Below, piece by piece: positions 50,727 through 62,299 of a stretch of DNA of 64,000 nt; position 1 is the stretch's first letter; each line of letters opens with the position of its first letter. The stretch comes from Gemmatimonadales bacterium (GTDB taxonomy: Bacteria; Gemmatimonadota; Gemmatimonadetes; Gemmatimonadales; GWC2-71-9). Made by a program: the position numbers and the translations under genes. The stretch spans positions 1,120,001 to 1,184,000 of the forward strand of contig OZ252244.1 of the NCBI GenBank assembly GCA_965249575.1. Direction: 5' to 3'. The notes beneath the pieces were generated by a model. The model worked only from the letters and a program-made list of their open reading frames with translations. It was not told where the DNA came from and ran no database searches.

Positions 50727-51605
50727 CTATCGATGCCGGTTTCGGTTTCTCGAGCGCCGCGATCCGGGACGCTCCAGGGCGATGGTGCCGGAGAAGGATT
50801 CCAGTTCCATACGGGCCTTGCCCGACCCCAAGACGAACGTGAACCGCTTGCGGCGCGTCTCGGTGAGCTGAACTGGAAAGGCGGATTCGAAGTCCCCGCT
50901 GAAGCTCGCGACGGAAACGGTGACGTTCGATCCCTCGGGAATCGCGACGGTAATGTCGCCGTTATGCGTGGCGATCGAATAGCGGCCGCCATCGCGAATC
51001 GTCCCCGTGTACTCGACGTCGCCGTTCACCGTGCTTGCATCGACGTCACCCGACTCGACCTGGTCGAGCACCAGGTCGCCATTCACGGTTTCGGCCGTGA
51101 GGTCGCCGCTGACGTCCGTAACGCGTACGTCCTCGTTGACGGAGCTCACGTCGATGCGGCCCTCGGCACCGGAGAGCGTGACGTCACCTTCCACCGAGCG
51201 AAGCGAGATCACGCCGCTGCCGCCCTGCACCCGAACGTCCCCCTGGACCGTTTCGACGCTGATCGCGCCACGTGTTCCCTCGACAGAGACGTCGGTGTGT
51301 ACCCCCGACAGCTCGAGATCTACCCCAACCGGGACCGTGATCCGGTATTCGATGGCGCGGGCCGGGCCGCGGCGCGACTCTCCCTCGATGCGCACCTGCG
51401 ACGCTGATGCACGAATGCCGACCCGTTCGCGGCTGGAGTGCTCGGCCTGCACGTGTACCTCATTGCGGCTCCAGGTGCTGACGACGATCTCCCCGCCGAA
51501 GTTCTCGACCTCCACGCGGGCGTCGGGGCGCACGATGAGTAAGGTGTCGGTTTCCTGCATTAGCGAAGTGGCAACCATCACCACGGCGGTTAGCGCGAGC
51601 AACAT
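50727..51605 (-). CDS. DUF4097 beta-strand repeat protein
   Basis: TVQGD, SVEGD, TVNGD repeats; signal peptide. Confidence 0.9.
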   Translation of the reverse strand: MLLALTAVVMVATSLMQETDTLLIVRPDARVEVENFGGEIVVSTWSRNEVHVQAEHSSRERVGIRASASQVRIEGESRRGPARAIEYRITVPVGVDLELSGVHTDVSVEGTRGAISVETVQGDVRVQGGSGVISLRSVEGDVTLSGAEGRIDVSSVNEDVRVTDVSGDLTAETVNGDLVLDQVESGDVDASTVNGDVEYTGTIRDGGRYSIATHNGDITVAIPEGSNVTVSVASFSGDFESAFPVQLTETRRKRFTFVLGSGKARMELESFSGTIALERPGSRRSRNRNRHR

Positions 51606-51624
51606 GATGAAGTCCTCTGCGGCC

Positions 51625-52060
51625 TCAGCTTCGGGCGCCCGTGATGGCCGATGCCCGTCGGAGCAGGCCGACCTTGCGCTTGAGGATCTGGGCCAAATGA
51701 CGGTTCAAGTACAGGCTTGCCGGATCGGCTGCCAACGCGCGTCGTGCTTCACCGATGGCCCGGTCGATGATCGCAAGATTCTCCTCGAGAACCCTGACGG
51801 TCGTCGAATCCAGTCTCTCTCGACCGGCCGCGAGGGTCCGCTCGAGCTCCGCGACCGCCGAATCGGCCGCCGGATCCACCCCCCCCGCGTATCCGGTCAG
51901 CCCCGTACCGGGCGAAGCCGCAGGCGCCAGCACCGATGGCTCTCCCTCGGACCGAAGGGCCAGGGAAACACCGCCCGACACCAGGATCAACGCGAGGCCC
52001 GCCGCCGCCAACAAGGGAATCGGCACCGTGATCACCCATCCGTGGCGGCGGGGCGGGAGA
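51625..52060 (-). pseudogene. Anti-sigma factor, N-terminus missing
   Basis: TM plus VLEENLAIIDRAI..AR.AL..DP; fused to the sigma gene at ~52060. Confidence 0.7.
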
Positions 52061-52559
52061 ATAGCCCGGCGATCTCTTCGTGCTTGAATCCCTCGACGTC
52101 GTGGAGCACGAAAACCTCCCGAGCCCCAGCGGGTAGGTGGCCCATCGCCGCCTCGAAATCCATCGCGAGATCTTTGTCCGACGGGCGCGCCGATACCGTG
52201 CTCAGCGCGCTGTCATCGGCCTCATACCGAGCGCGGGTCTTTCCGAGCGATTGCCGCTGACCCAGCATCACGTTGATCGCCAAGCGGTGCAGCCACGTCC
52301 CAAACGCCGCCTCGCCACGAAACGTGCTCAGCTTCTCCCACGCCCGAACGAACACGTCCTGCGTCGTCTCGTCCGCCTGGTCCGGGCTGAGCATCCGGCA
52401 GGCCAAGCTGTGGACCCGGGAGACATGAGTCTGGTAGAGCCGCTCGAACGCGCGAGCATCTCCACTTGCCGCCAGGGCGACGTCGGCCGTCTCGGCGTCT
52501 GCGCGCGCGCTTTCGGTCTGGTCGCTCAGGGTCGATACCTCGGGTGCCGAATCAATCAT
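52032..52559 (-). CDS. ECF sigma factor, region 4 truncated
   Basis: GDARAFERLY, QDVFVRAW, TWLHRLA, VFVLHDVEG..HEEIA then aberrant end. Confidence 0.9.
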   Translation of the reverse strand: MIDSAPEVSTLSDQTESARADAETADVALAASGDARAFERLYQTHVSRVHSLACRMLSPDQADETTQDVFVRAWEKLSTFRGEAAFGTWLHRLAINVMLGQRQSLGKTRARYEADDSALSTVSARPSDKDLAMDFEAAMGHLPAGAREVFVLHDVEGFKHEEIAGLFSRPAATDG

Positions 52560-52585
52560 GCACTGGATTGGACGGCGTCACCGGC

Positions 52586-53365
52586 TCAAAGGTTGGAACC
52601 GCGGAGGAAATTGGCGTACCACGCCAGAACGGCGTCCCCATAGACAAATGTGATCGCGGCGGCCGCCGCGAGAAAGACGCCAAACGGAACGAGCCGCCGG
52701 ATTTTGAACAACAAGAGCGGAGCGAAAACCAGTGTCCCCAGCAGGGCTCCGCCAAACACCGTGAGGAAGACGCCCTTCCAGCCGACGAACGAGCCGACCA
52801 TGGTCATCATCTTGATATCGCCACCGCCCATCGCTTCCTCTCCGAACAACCGCTCGCCAGCCCACGCCACGGCGTAGAGCAGGGTAAAGCCCACCACCGC
52901 GCCCAGTACCCCGGCGAGGACCCCGGCCAGCCCGCCGCGCACGCTGAGTGCGAGTCCGACCGCCAGGCCACCCCAGGTGTACTCGTCGGGAATGAGGTAG
53001 TGCCGGCCGTCGGTCACGGCGATCCCCAACAGGAGCGTGCCGAAGATCGAGGCCGTCAACGCCTCGAGCGTCAAACCGTACCGCCAGGTCGCCACCCCCC
53101 AGAGCAGGGCTACTGCAGCCTCGACGATCGGGTATTGGACCGAGATGCGATGACGGCAGGCGCGGCACTTCCCGAAGAGCAATGCCCAGGAGATGACCGG
53201 AATGTTGTCGTACCACGCGATAGGAGTGTGGCACGCGGGGCACCGCGATCGAGGTCGCACGATCGACTGGTCGGCGGGCAGCCGCACAATGCACACGTTG
53301 AGGAAGCTCCCGATCAACGCGCCGACCAGGGCGGCCGCTATCGTGACGGCATGTTCATCGAGCAC
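52586..53365 (-). CDS. pilD: Prepilin peptidase
   Basis: GSFLNVCI.RLP, two CxxC, MGGGDIK, PFG.FL. Confidence 0.95.
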   Translation of the reverse strand: MLDEHAVTIAAALVGALIGSFLNVCIVRLPADQSIVRPRSRCPACHTPIAWYDNIPVISWALLFGKCRACRHRISVQYPIVEAAVALLWGVATWRYGLTLEALTASIFGTLLLGIAVTDGRHYLIPDEYTWGGLAVGLALSVRGGLAGVLAGVLGAVVGFTLLYAVAWAGERLFGEEAMGGGDIKMMTMVGSFVGWKGVFLTVFGGALLGTLVFAPLLLFKIRRLVPFGVFLAAAAAITFVYGDAVLAWYANFLRGSNL

Positions 53366-54131
53366 GAAGTACCTCGTAGAGCACGATGCCCAATGCGACG
53401 GAGACGTTCAACGATTCTGCTCCCCGCACCAAGGGTATGACGACCCGGTCGGCTGCAAGCTGCAAGACCCCCTCGCTCACGCCAGCGGCTTCGCTTCCCA
53501 CGACGAGTGAAAGCCGGTCCGGCGGCTGGCACCGGTGCAGCGGGATGCCCTCCGTCGCGGTGGCCCATATCGTCGCTCCCTGCCGCCGTGCCCAGCCCTT
53601 GAGTTCATCCAACTGCGCCGGCGCCGCCGGCAACTGGAAGCTCGCCCCCACGGCCGCGCGAAGCGCCTTCGGGTTCGAAGAATCTGCGGTTCCCTTGAGC
53701 AGAATCGCTCCCCCGGCACCCAACGCGTAGGCAGTCCTGAGAAGCGTTCCCAGGTTACCAGGGTCCTGCACTCCGTCAACGATCAGGACGGGCCCGTGAT
53801 CGAGCCGGATATCAGCTAGACCCCATACCGGCGGCCGGATGACCGCCAGCACGCCCTGCGACGTTTGCGTATCCGATACCTGTCCGAGTTGTCGCTCCGA
53901 GACCTCCTCGATTGGCACCGCGCGAGACGCCAGGTCCCTGAGGAGGTCTCTTCCGCGGGGCGACCTCCCGAGTTCGGTGGTCGCCAACACTCCCCGAATC
54001 GGCACGTTCGACGCCAGTGCTTCCTCGATCAGTCGGATGCCTTCGGCGATCGACAGCCGCCTGCGGCGACGGCCACTGCGCTGTTGTAGATTCCGAACGG
54101 TCGACATCAAGTTAGCGGACACGCAAGCCAC
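53355..54131 (-). CDS. TrmH/SpoU family RNA methyltransferase
   Basis: [23 protein letters not shown]. Confidence 0.95.
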   Translation of the reverse strand: MACVSANLMSTVRNLQQRSGRRRRRLSIAEGIRLIEEALASNVPIRGVLATTELGRSPRGRDLLRDLASRAVPIEEVSERQLGQVSDTQTSQGVLAVIRPPVWGLADIRLDHGPVLIVDGVQDPGNLGTLLRTAYALGAGGAILLKGTADSSNPKALRAAVGASFQLPAAPAQLDELKGWARRQGATIWATATEGIPLHRCQPPDRLSLVVGSEAAGVSEGVLQLAADRVVIPLVRGAESLNVSVALGIVLYEVLRAR

Positions 54132-54236
54132 TCCACACGAGCAGGACCATCAGGCATAGGAAGGGTCGGAACCCAGAATGCTTCGGCGGTCTCGATTTTC
54201 TGCATCTGCTCCGCGAATAGGACGTCTCCGCAGCGG

Positions 54237-55025
54237 ATGAACGTCGCCCTCACGATCGCCGGGTCCGATTCGGGTGGAGGAGCGGGCATCCAGGCCGACC
54301 TGAAAACCTTTCAGCAATTCGGCGTTTTCGGAACCAGCGTTCTGGTGGCCGTCACCGCTCAAAACACCGAGGGCGTCACCGACGTGCATGCGATCCCCCC
54401 GTCCGTCGTCAAGGCTCAGATGGCCGCGCTCGCCGAAGACCTGCGGCCCGAGGCCACCAAGACCGGCATGCTCGCGACCGCCGAACTCGTTCGGCTGGTT
54501 GCTCAGGGGATCGATCGATACGGGTTTCGAAACTACGTCCTCGATCCAGTCATGGTCGCCACGTCGGGCGACCGGCTCTTGACGCACGAGGCCGAACGCG
54601 ACGTGGCCTCGTGCCTCATTCCCCTCGCCGCCCTCGTAACACCGAACATCGATGAAGCGGAGATCCTCGTGCGTGCCGAGGTACGCACCACCGACGCGAT
54701 GACCGAGGCCGGACACGCGTTGCTCACCATGGGCGCCTCGGCCGCCTTGATCAAGGGTGGGCATCTCGACGGAGATCAGGTCACTGACGTGCTCGTTACA
54801 CCGGACACCGTACGCCGTTTTGGCCGCCCGCGAATCCAGACCACCTCGACTCACGGCACAGGCTGCACGCTTTCAGCAGCCATCGTGGCCGGTCTCGCGC
54901 GAGGACGGGACCTCACCATGGCTGTCGAAAGCGCACTCGACTTCGTACATCGAGCGATCCAATCGGCGCCGGGCTTAGGAAAGGGTCACGGGCCACTCAA
55001 TCACCTCGTTCCCGCTCCGAGTTGA
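54237..55025 (+). CDS. thiD: Hydroxymethylpyrimidine/phosphomethylpyrimidine kinase
   Basis: [30 protein letters not shown]. Confidence 0.98.
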   Translation: MNVALTIAGSDSGGGAGIQADLKTFQQFGVFGTSVLVAVTAQNTEGVTDVHAIPPSVVKAQMAALAEDLRPEATKTGMLATAELVRLVAQGIDRYGFRNYVLDPVMVATSGDRLLTHEAERDVASCLIPLAALVTPNIDEAEILVRAEVRTTDAMTEAGHALLTMGASAALIKGGHLDGDQVTDVLVTPDTVRRFGRPRIQTTSTHGTGCTLSAAIVAGLARGRDLTMAVESALDFVHRAIQSAPGLGKGHGPLNHLVPAPS

Positions 55026-55077
55026 CTCCGCCCACTTCGCTCCCATTTACGCGCAGTTCTCAAGGAGATTCGAGAGC

Positions 55078-55701
55078 ATGAACGCCGCGTACCTGCACCT
55101 GATCTTAAACCACTTCCCGATCATCGGCATCACGGGAGGGATTCTGATATCGGCCTTCGGGTTGCTGCAGCGAAACGAGGAGCTCAAACGCCTGGGACTG
55201 ACGATTTATGTTTTGGTAGCCTTGCTATCGATTCCGGTCTACCTGTCCGGGGAACCAGCCGAGGAAATCATCGAGGATATGCCGGAGGTTTCGCACGACC
55301 GTATCGAAGAGCACGAGGAGTCGGGACTCTTCGCGATCATCGGGACCGGCACGTTGGGAGCGGCCGCGCTGGCAGGACTCGTCTTAGGGCGAGTTGGCAG
55401 CTCGAAAGCTCCGGCGGTTTCGACGCTCGCCTTCGTCATGGCGATCGTCTGCGCCGGTATTCTCGCCCGAACCGCCTTACTCGGCGGCAGGATTCGTCAC
55501 CCCGAGACTCGGCCCGAATTCGGCGCCCCGGAGGCAGTCGGCCTAGCGCCTATCCCGGATCCGGACCGGCCAGTGAAGGGGGGCTTCACGATCCTCCTGC
55601 TGTCGCCTGGGACGTTCAGGAGGCGAGGTTACGGTCCTGAAAGGCCTCGTCGTCCGTTACCTCCCGCACGACGTGGCCGCGCAACCAGCGTGGGAACGTG
55701 A
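55078..55701 (+). CDS. DUF2231-like membrane protein; 3' end uncertain
   Basis: HL..NHFP, GE.AEE, IEEHEE, GGRIRHPE. Confidence 0.8.
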   Translation: MNAAYLHLILNHFPIIGITGGILISAFGLLQRNEELKRLGLTIYVLVALLSIPVYLSGEPAEEIIEDMPEVSHDRIEEHEESGLFAIIGTGTLGAAALAGLVLGRVGSSKAPAVSTLAFVMAIVCAGILARTALLGGRIRHPETRPEFGAPEAVGLAPIPDPDRPVKGGFTILLLSPGTFRRRGYGPERPRRPLPPARRGRATSVGT

Positions 55702-57079
55702 TCTTCGCGGACTCCGAGCGCGCTTCGACCCGAGCGAGGGTCAGATCGCGCCCGTCGTACCGATCGATATGCCAGACACGTGACCGGTGGGGGAGGTGAA
55801 ACCGAATCTTACGGGTCCGTTGGCCCACGGTCAGCGGCCAGAGGGCATCGAACACCGCCTGCGTCGTCTCTTCGCTGATCTGTTCTGCCTGGTGCCCTAG
55901 GCCCGGGTTGATCGTGCGGCGATATCGCACACCCCCGTCCTTGCGAATCAGGCCGATCCACTCGTCGAACTCGGTGCCCGGCACCCATCCCAGCTCCATG
56001 CTGGTCGCCGCCTCCGCAGCGAGACTCTCCGGAGACCCGCTCAGCAGGAACGTGCGGGTAACGGTGTGGTGCAGGCTTCTCGTGCGCGCGACGCTCGCGC
56101 CGAACGCGTCGACTTGCTCCAGGAACTGCTGTGCATTGCCATCCAACCAGTCGGCCTCGGCCCGCGCGAACAGTTCATGGGAACGAGCCCGAATCAACTG
56201 CCCGAGCGCGATCAGCCCAGTCCGCTCGTCGCGGCGGTGCGCGGTGCGCCAGCGTTTCGCCTCGGGCTGGCTCGCCAGCGCGAGCGCGTGCAATTGGCGC
56301 GCCCGCTGCACCGCCGCCACCTCGACTCCCAGGGAGACCTCTTCGGCCAGGACCTGCAGGTCGCGGAGATCCCCGAGCAGATCCTGGATCTCCTTGAGGC
56401 GCTTGACCAGCGCCTTTGCGCGTTTGCGCCGCAGCGCCAGGGGCTCGATGAGGTACCGGAGCCGTTTTGCTGTAATGCGCGCTTGGTGCGCTTCCTCTTT
56501 CTGACCGGACGCCTGAACCGCGAGGAGGCGACCGCTCAGCAGCGCGGCCTCGCGCCGGATCAGGTCTCCGGTCGCCTCCCTCAACTGAGCGGGTGGGTGA
56601 TCGCCGCCAGAACCATCCGGGAGGACCCGGCTGAGCCGGTCCTGCAGCTTGTCGGCGATCCGGTCGAAGCGCTGGCCCACGTCGAGTGTCGCGGCGTCAC
56701 GCGTCTCTCTCTCCCTCTCCTCCAGTCGATGGATCATCCAGTTGAGCCCGATGCGCTCCCGAGGCTGGAGGTTGGCCTCCTGAGCCCTGAGCCATTCGAG
56801 CTGGACTTCGAGGTCGCGGCCGGGGTTGGTGGCCGCCGTGAGCGCCCGAAGCCGGCGCCGCATCCGCTTGGGCGCGGCACCCCTCAAGTACGGCCGATAC
56901 GCGCGGCAGCAGCTTCGCAAGCGACGAAGCCCGACTCGAAAGTCGTGTAGCGCCTCCCCATCCTCCCGCTTGCCGAGCCGCTGGCGCGCCAGAAATGCTT
57001 CATCGATGTAGTGCTGCGCCAACAACCGTACCCCTTCTTCGGGGGAACGTCGGAAGAGATCGGCTGGCAGGCCCCGCAT
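55616..57079 (-). CDS. CHAD domain protein with degenerate C-terminal CYTH-like domain
   Basis: EALHDFRV..RRLR, AKRLRY, QDLLG.L.D, REVTDD. Confidence 0.9.
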   Translation of the reverse strand: MRGLPADLFRRSPEEGVRLLAQHYIDEAFLARQRLGKREDGEALHDFRVGLRRLRSCCRAYRPYLRGAAPKRMRRRLRALTAATNPGRDLEVQLEWLRAQEANLQPRERIGLNWMIHRLEERERETRDAATLDVGQRFDRIADKLQDRLSRVLPDGSGGDHPPAQLREATGDLIRREAALLSGRLLAVQASGQKEEAHQARITAKRLRYLIEPLALRRKRAKALVKRLKEIQDLLGDLRDLQVLAEEVSLGVEVAAVQRARQLHALALASQPEAKRWRTAHRRDERTGLIALGQLIRARSHELFARAEADWLDGNAQQFLEQVDAFGASVARTRSLHHTVTRTFLLSGSPESLAAEAATSMELGWVPGTEFDEWIGLIRKDGGVRYRRTINPGLGHQAEQISEETTQAVFDALWPLTVGQRTRKIRFHLPHRSRVWHIDRYDGRDLTLARVEARSESAKITFPRWLRGHVVREVTDDEAFQDRNLAS

Positions 57080-57081
57080 GG

Positions 57082-57585
57082 CTAGGCAAGCCCCCGGAGG
57101 TGCCGCGGCGCCAGTGCCCATTCGAGTACGGCACCTCCAGCGGAGGGTTCGTGATCCACGTCCAGCAGGCAAGCGCCGCCTTTCTTGAACCCCACGAACG
57201 ACGACGCCGCACCCGAAAGCAGGAAACTCGCGAGGTGTCCCAGAGCCGGCTCGTGCCCAACCGCCGCGACGATTCCGTCATCTGGTAGGCGCCGGAGCCA
57301 GGTGAGTACATCGTCTGGACGGCAATCAGGGGACAGCGAAGGTACTTCTTCGATCGGCAAGTCCCCGTAGGCAGAGGCAACGATTTCAGCCGTCTCAAAC
57401 GCGCGAACGAGAGGACTCGAGGCGACCGTGTCGATCGTCGGGACCGTTCTCTTGAGGCCGGCCGCGGCCCGCGCCATCTTCTCCCTCCCGGAGTCCGTCA
57501 GCGGGCGCAGGCTGTCATCGATGCCTTTGGGAGCGTAATTCGCGCGGTCGGCTGCCGGGGCATGGCGGATAAGTAGCAGCTTCAT
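57082..57585 (-). CDS. sixA: Phosphohistidine phosphatase
   Basis: LIRHA, SSPLVRA.ETA, VGHEP. Confidence 0.9.
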   Translation of the reverse strand: MKLLLIRHAPAADRANYAPKGIDDSLRPLTDSGREKMARAAAGLKRTVPTIDTVASSPLVRAFETAEIVASAYGDLPIEEVPSLSPDCRPDDVLTWLRRLPDDGIVAAVGHEPALGHLASFLLSGAASSFVGFKKGGACLLDVDHEPSAGGAVLEWALAPRHLRGLA

Positions 57586-59321
57586 GCCGACCTCGTTGAC
57601 GGCTTGTCGGGCTTCCCCGCTCCGGTCGTTTCTTCCCGACCCCGGGACACCACCGAGCCGCCGACCTTGCGGCGTTTCGCATCGGCCCCTCCCGGCGAGA
57701 TGCCTCGCAACGGCCGGCTCGCGGGCCGCCGGCCACGACGCGGATGCATCAAGCGCCCCTCAGGGTAGCGCCACACAAACCTCAGATCACCGTCGAACGC
57801 CCTCGCGAACAAGTCAGACTTCCGTTTGGCATCTTGCAGTTCGACCTGCGGCTCCGAGGGGGCCTCGAGCACCAGACGCAACCGGCCGGCGCGACGCTCG
57901 ACCCGGAGCCCGGTTACCAGGCGCGAATGCGTGCGGTCCAGTCCGTCGGCGACGCGGAGGATCCCACTCAGCTGGCGGATCAGACGGCGATCCTCACTGG
58001 ACGTCCGCGCGAGGTTCGTGTGCGACTTCTTCGGGAAGGCGCGGCGATGGTATCGGGCAACGTTCGCGATCAGCTCGACCTCACGAGCCGAAAACGACGG
58101 CAGGTCGCCGTGCATGATGAGGTGGTACGCGTGTTTGTGGTGTTTCGAATGGCTAATGAGGTAGCCGATGTCATGCAGCAGAGCGGCGGCTTCCAGCACC
58201 TCACGGCCCTCCACCCGCAGGTCGTAGAGCGGTTGGAGTCCGTCGAACATCTCGACAGCGAGCTTGGCAACGTGCCCGCAATGCCGCTCGTTCGAGCGGC
58301 ACTTGCGGGCAAAGATCCGAATCCACTCCATCCGGTCCCCTGTCTGCACGCGAGCGGCTCGCCGATGGCCCGGGAGTTCCGCGATCATCGTCTGCAACAG
58401 CCCGTCTCGAACGCCGCGGTCGTTCACATGGATCTGCTGCGTACCGAGGCGCCTCGCCAGCCGTGCAATCACGGCCACTCCGGCCACGATGATGTCGGCA
58501 CGGTTGGGGCTGAGTCCGGGAATCTGCCGGCGCTCTTCCAAGGGGGCTTCGCGTAGCCGATCGAGCAAGTGAACGAGCTCGGCCCGTGTCAGGACGTATC
58601 CCTGCACGGGACCGACGCGGCCCTCCCGTTGGAACTGGGCCATGGTGGCGAGCGCCGTGAACGTGCCCCCGCTCCCGACCATGATCTCAGCCGTGAACGG
58701 GGGGCGGCCCAGCTCCACTTTGATGCCCTGATCGATTTCTTTGATCAACTGCTTCCAATGCTTGGAACGGAGTGGGTCCGACCGGATGAGACGCTCGGTC
58801 ACTCGAACGGCACCGAGCGGGAGGGAATGAAGCTGGTCGATGACGGTCCCCGCGGCGAGAACGACCTCGACGCTTCCACCGCCGATGTCCACGACCGCGG
58901 TCGCGCGACCCTCGAGATTCACGTGCCTGCTCGCGCTCCGGAACGCGAGCCGGGCCTCGTCGTCGGATGAGATCACCTCGATTCGCACCTTATGCCGCCG
59001 CCGCACGTCCCGGAGGAACCCCCGCCCATTCTTCGCTTCTCGGACCGCGCTGGTGGCGATGGCGCGGATGCCGGTGACCTCAAATCCGTCGATGATCGCC
59101 TTCATCTTGCCGATCGCGGCCAGGGCCCGCTCGATCGCGCCCGCCGAGAGCCGCCCCGTGCGGTCCACACCCTCCCCGAGCCGCACGTTCTCCCGCTCCT
59201 CGTCCAGGATGCGGTACGTGCCGCCGCTCTCAACCTCGGCCACCACCAACCGTATGGTGTTCGTGCCGACGTCTATCGCCGCCAGACGGGGGCGTTGGTG
59301 GGCCTCTCGCTCAGCTGCCAT
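57582..59321 (-). CDS. ppx: Ppx/GppA phosphatase with HD domain
   Basis: AIDVGTN, ATSAVREA, DIGGGS.E, LLHDIG. Confidence 0.95.
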   Translation of the reverse strand: MAAEREAHQRPRLAAIDVGTNTIRLVVAEVESGGTYRILDEERENVRLGEGVDRTGRLSAGAIERALAAIGKMKAIIDGFEVTGIRAIATSAVREAKNGRGFLRDVRRRHKVRIEVISSDDEARLAFRSASRHVNLEGRATAVVDIGGGSVEVVLAAGTVIDQLHSLPLGAVRVTERLIRSDPLRSKHWKQLIKEIDQGIKVELGRPPFTAEIMVGSGGTFTALATMAQFQREGRVGPVQGYVLTRAELVHLLDRLREAPLEERRQIPGLSPNRADIIVAGVAVIARLARRLGTQQIHVNDRGVRDGLLQTMIAELPGHRRAARVQTGDRMEWIRIFARKCRSNERHCGHVAKLAVEMFDGLQPLYDLRVEGREVLEAAALLHDIGYLISHSKHHKHAYHLIMHGDLPSFSAREVELIANVARYHRRAFPKKSHTNLARTSSEDRRLIRQLSGILRVADGLDRTHSRLVTGLRVERRAGRLRLVLEAPSEPQVELQDAKRKSDLFARAFDGDLRFVWRYPEGRLMHPRRGRRPASRPLRGISPGGADAKRRKVGGSVVSRGREETTGAGKPDKPSTRSA

Positions 59322-59443
59322 GCGTCCTTGTGCTCGCTGTCCGGCCGCCAGGTGAATCCTGCCGCGGCCCCAATCGAAACCTAACGAGTGGGCCTTGGGA
59401 CGAACCGGATGACCGGTGGCCCCCATCCCGCGATTTGTTTCCT

Positions 59444-59868
59444 TCAGGATTCCTTCAGCTGACTCGGGCGATTCGCCACCAGTACGGTCAGCCCCGTCCC
59501 CGCTAAGATCCCGAGCGCCAACAAGCTGGCGGTGAGCAGGTAGGCCACGAGACCGAGCAAGCTAGCGGCCTCCGCCGTGGCCCATAAAGCGATCGCCCGC
59601 GGTAGGTTGGCGCCCCACCATGCCGACGCATCGCCGCCAGCCTCGAGTGGTCGGATACCGCCGCGGATCAGTCGCACCAGCAGCAGCAGCACGACGGCCG
59701 TAACCACCGCGGCGGCCACCGAAACCTGGGCGAGATCTGCCAAGGGCGATGTCTGAAGCACGCCGCGAATGCCGAGGCCCACGACGAGAATCAGCAACAC
59801 CCCGCCCGTGAGGGACGAGTGCAACAAGGTAGCGGCCCGATCAGATGCTGGGATTGTGAAGCAGTCAT
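59444..59868 (-). CDS. Hypothetical membrane protein; probable frameshift near 59840
   Basis: Four hydrophobic segments; ATG at 59868 is out of frame by one base. Confidence 0.6.
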
Positions 59869-59957
59869 GATATGCCGGGCGCGGAACCGATTCAAGGACG
59901 CGAATACTACCGAGGCGTACCTCCCAACGCCAACGAGCTCGCCCAACGCTGCTACCC

Positions 59958-60808
59958 TCACCAAGCCAGGCGCTCGAGGAGCCGGCGCACGACGCTTTCG
60001 AGCACCCCAGCGACGGCTGTGGCGGCCCGAAGTACTCCTTGGTGCGTCAGCCGTCCTCGGGCCCGGCTTGCGGCCCAGTTGGTGACGACGGAGAGGCCCA
60101 GGACCCTGATCTGCCTCGCTCGCGCGATCAAAACCTCGTGAACCGTCGACATACCAACCGCGTCCGCTCCCAGCCGCCGCAGCATCTCGACCTCGGCAGG
60201 GGTCTCATAGCACGGCCCAACGACCCCGGCATAGACACCTTCAGAAACCGCGATTCCCGACGCGAGGCCCGTCTCGACCCCCAGGGTTCGGAGCTCCCGA
60301 TCATACGATGCCGCCAAGGCAGGAAGGGGCGACTCTCCCGGAAGCCTCGGGCCGATCAGGGGGTTCCGAAAGGTGAAATCGATTTGGTCGGCCAGGAGCA
60401 TGACGCAGGGCGGCCGTAAGCTCGTTGCGATGCCCCCGGCGGCGCTGGCGACGATCGGGATCCGCGCCCCAAGGCTGGAGCGGATTCTCGCCGGCAGTGC
60501 GACCCTCGACGGAGCATGGCCCTCGTAAAGATGAAGGCGACCGCGCTGCACGATCGTGGGAACGCCCGATATCTCCCCACTGACGAACTCGCCCGGATGA
60601 CCGGGCGCCCTCGAGGTCTCGAGGCTCGGGATGCGCTCGAAGGGGAGCACCCGACGGTGGGAAACCGCCTCCGCCAAGCCACCCAGACCCGAGCCCAGAA
60701 TGATCCCCACGCGTGGCTCCCGGCCATCCAGCCACCCGCTAACCACCCCGACGCTCTTCTCCAACGCCCGGAATTCTCTACCGGCCCCGCCCTACCGCTA
60801 CGCGTCAC
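59958..60808 (-). CDS. Purine-nucleoside phosphorylase; probable frameshift near 60770
   Basis: ILGSGLG, GRLHLYEG, GPCYETPAE, AVGMSTV.E. Confidence 0.92.
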
Positions 60809-62191
60809 TCAGACGAGCAGACCCGCGAGGCTGGCACTCATGAACGCCGCGAGATTGCCACCGATCATGGCCTTTACCCCCAGACGGGCCAGATCACCGC
60901 GGCGCTCGGGCGCCATACCGCCGATGCCGCCAAGCTGGATTGCGATCGTGGGGATGTTGGCGAATCCCAGCAGCGCGTAGGCCGCAACGATCGTCGCCCG
61001 CGGAGACAGGACCGCCCCAGCACCCAGCATCTCACCGAGTTGGAGGTAAGCGACGAACTCCGTCGCGACGATCTTGATTCCGAGCAGCGATCCCACAGCT
61101 CCCGCGTCGGACCACGGGACCCCCATCAGCCAGGCCAACGGGGCGAGTATCCAACCCAGAATGACCTGAAGCGAGAGGTGCGGGAGGCCCGCCAGCGACC
61201 CGGCGACGCCGAGCGCGTAATCGACCATCGCGATGAGCGCGATGAACGCGAGCAGCATCGCGGCCACGTTGAGCGCGAGCTTCAGTCCTTCGGACGCCCC
61301 GGTAGCGGCCGCATCGATTACGTTGGCCTCGCGCCGCTCGAGCTCAAGGTGAACGGTTCCCTTCGTAACCGGTTCGTCGACCTCCGGAACGAGGATCTTC
61401 GAGATCAATAGCGCGGCTGGAGCGTTCATGACCGATGCCGTCAGTAGGTGACCCGCTATGTCCGGGAAGTACGGCGAGAGCATTCCCACATACGCCCCCA
61501 TCACGCTCCCAGCGATCGTCGCGAACCCCGCCACCATGACCGTGTTTAGCTCCGAGTAGGTCATCTTGCTGACGAATGGCTTGATGAGGAGAGGAGCTTC
61601 AGTTGGCCCAACGAAGATGTTCCCCGCAGCCGAGAGGGTCTCGGCACCCGACGTCCCCATGGTGCGCTGCATGGCCCACGCGATCCCTCTCACGATCCAC
61701 TGCATTACGCCCATGTAGTATAGGATCGCGGACAGCGTGGAAAAGAAGATGATGATCGGCAGCACGCTGAACGCGAAGTACGCACCAGTCGCCGCCCAGG
61801 CATCCGGCGCGGCGATCGGTGCCATGTCCGACGGCTGGCCAAGCGGCATGCCGACCGGAACGTTGTTCCGTACCAGGTTGCCGAAAACGAACCGCGCGCC
61901 TTGCTCGGTGAAGCCTAGCAGCTGCCTGAACACGCCGCTGGCGCCCGCGAACACGGCCCGCCCGACGCCCGTCTTGAGCACGACCACCCCGAACGCGGCC
62001 TGGAGCGCGACGCCCAGCGCCACGAGCCGCCACGAGATGCGTCGGCGGTTGTTGGAGAGGACCCAGGCAATCCCGATCATGGTGGCAAGGCCAACGAGCC
62101 CCATGAGCCGCGACCCGAGCGGCGTGTCGAGGCCCTCCCGAGCAGCCGCGAGTTGCTCCGCGGCCAATTGCAGCATCCAAAGCCCGTTCAT
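60809..62191 (-). CDS. NupC/CNT family nucleoside transporter
   Basis: GTSGAETL, NIFVG.TEAPL, GFATIAGSV, EFVAY. Confidence 0.97.
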   Translation of the reverse strand: MNGLWMLQLAAEQLAAAREGLDTPLGSRLMGLVGLATMIGIAWVLSNNRRRISWRLVALGVALQAAFGVVVLKTGVGRAVFAGASGVFRQLLGFTEQGARFVFGNLVRNNVPVGMPLGQPSDMAPIAAPDAWAATGAYFAFSVLPIIIFFSTLSAILYYMGVMQWIVRGIAWAMQRTMGTSGAETLSAAGNIFVGPTEAPLLIKPFVSKMTYSELNTVMVAGFATIAGSVMGAYVGMLSPYFPDIAGHLLTASVMNAPAALLISKILVPEVDEPVTKGTVHLELERREANVIDAAATGASEGLKLALNVAAMLLAFIALIAMVDYALGVAGSLAGLPHLSLQVILGWILAPLAWLMGVPWSDAGAVGSLLGIKIVATEFVAYLQLGEMLGAGAVLSPRATIVAAYALLGFANIPTIAIQLGGIGGMAPERRGDLARLGVKAMIGGNLAAFMSASLAGLLV

Positions 62192-62299
62192 CGTGCCTCG
62201 TCGAGAGGTTGGTTCAGTTCATGTTCCTCATGGGACCGGTATTAGCGGAAGGGGGGAGGAGTCGGAGCCGTGGGACGTCGTGGCCCGACAGCGATCACA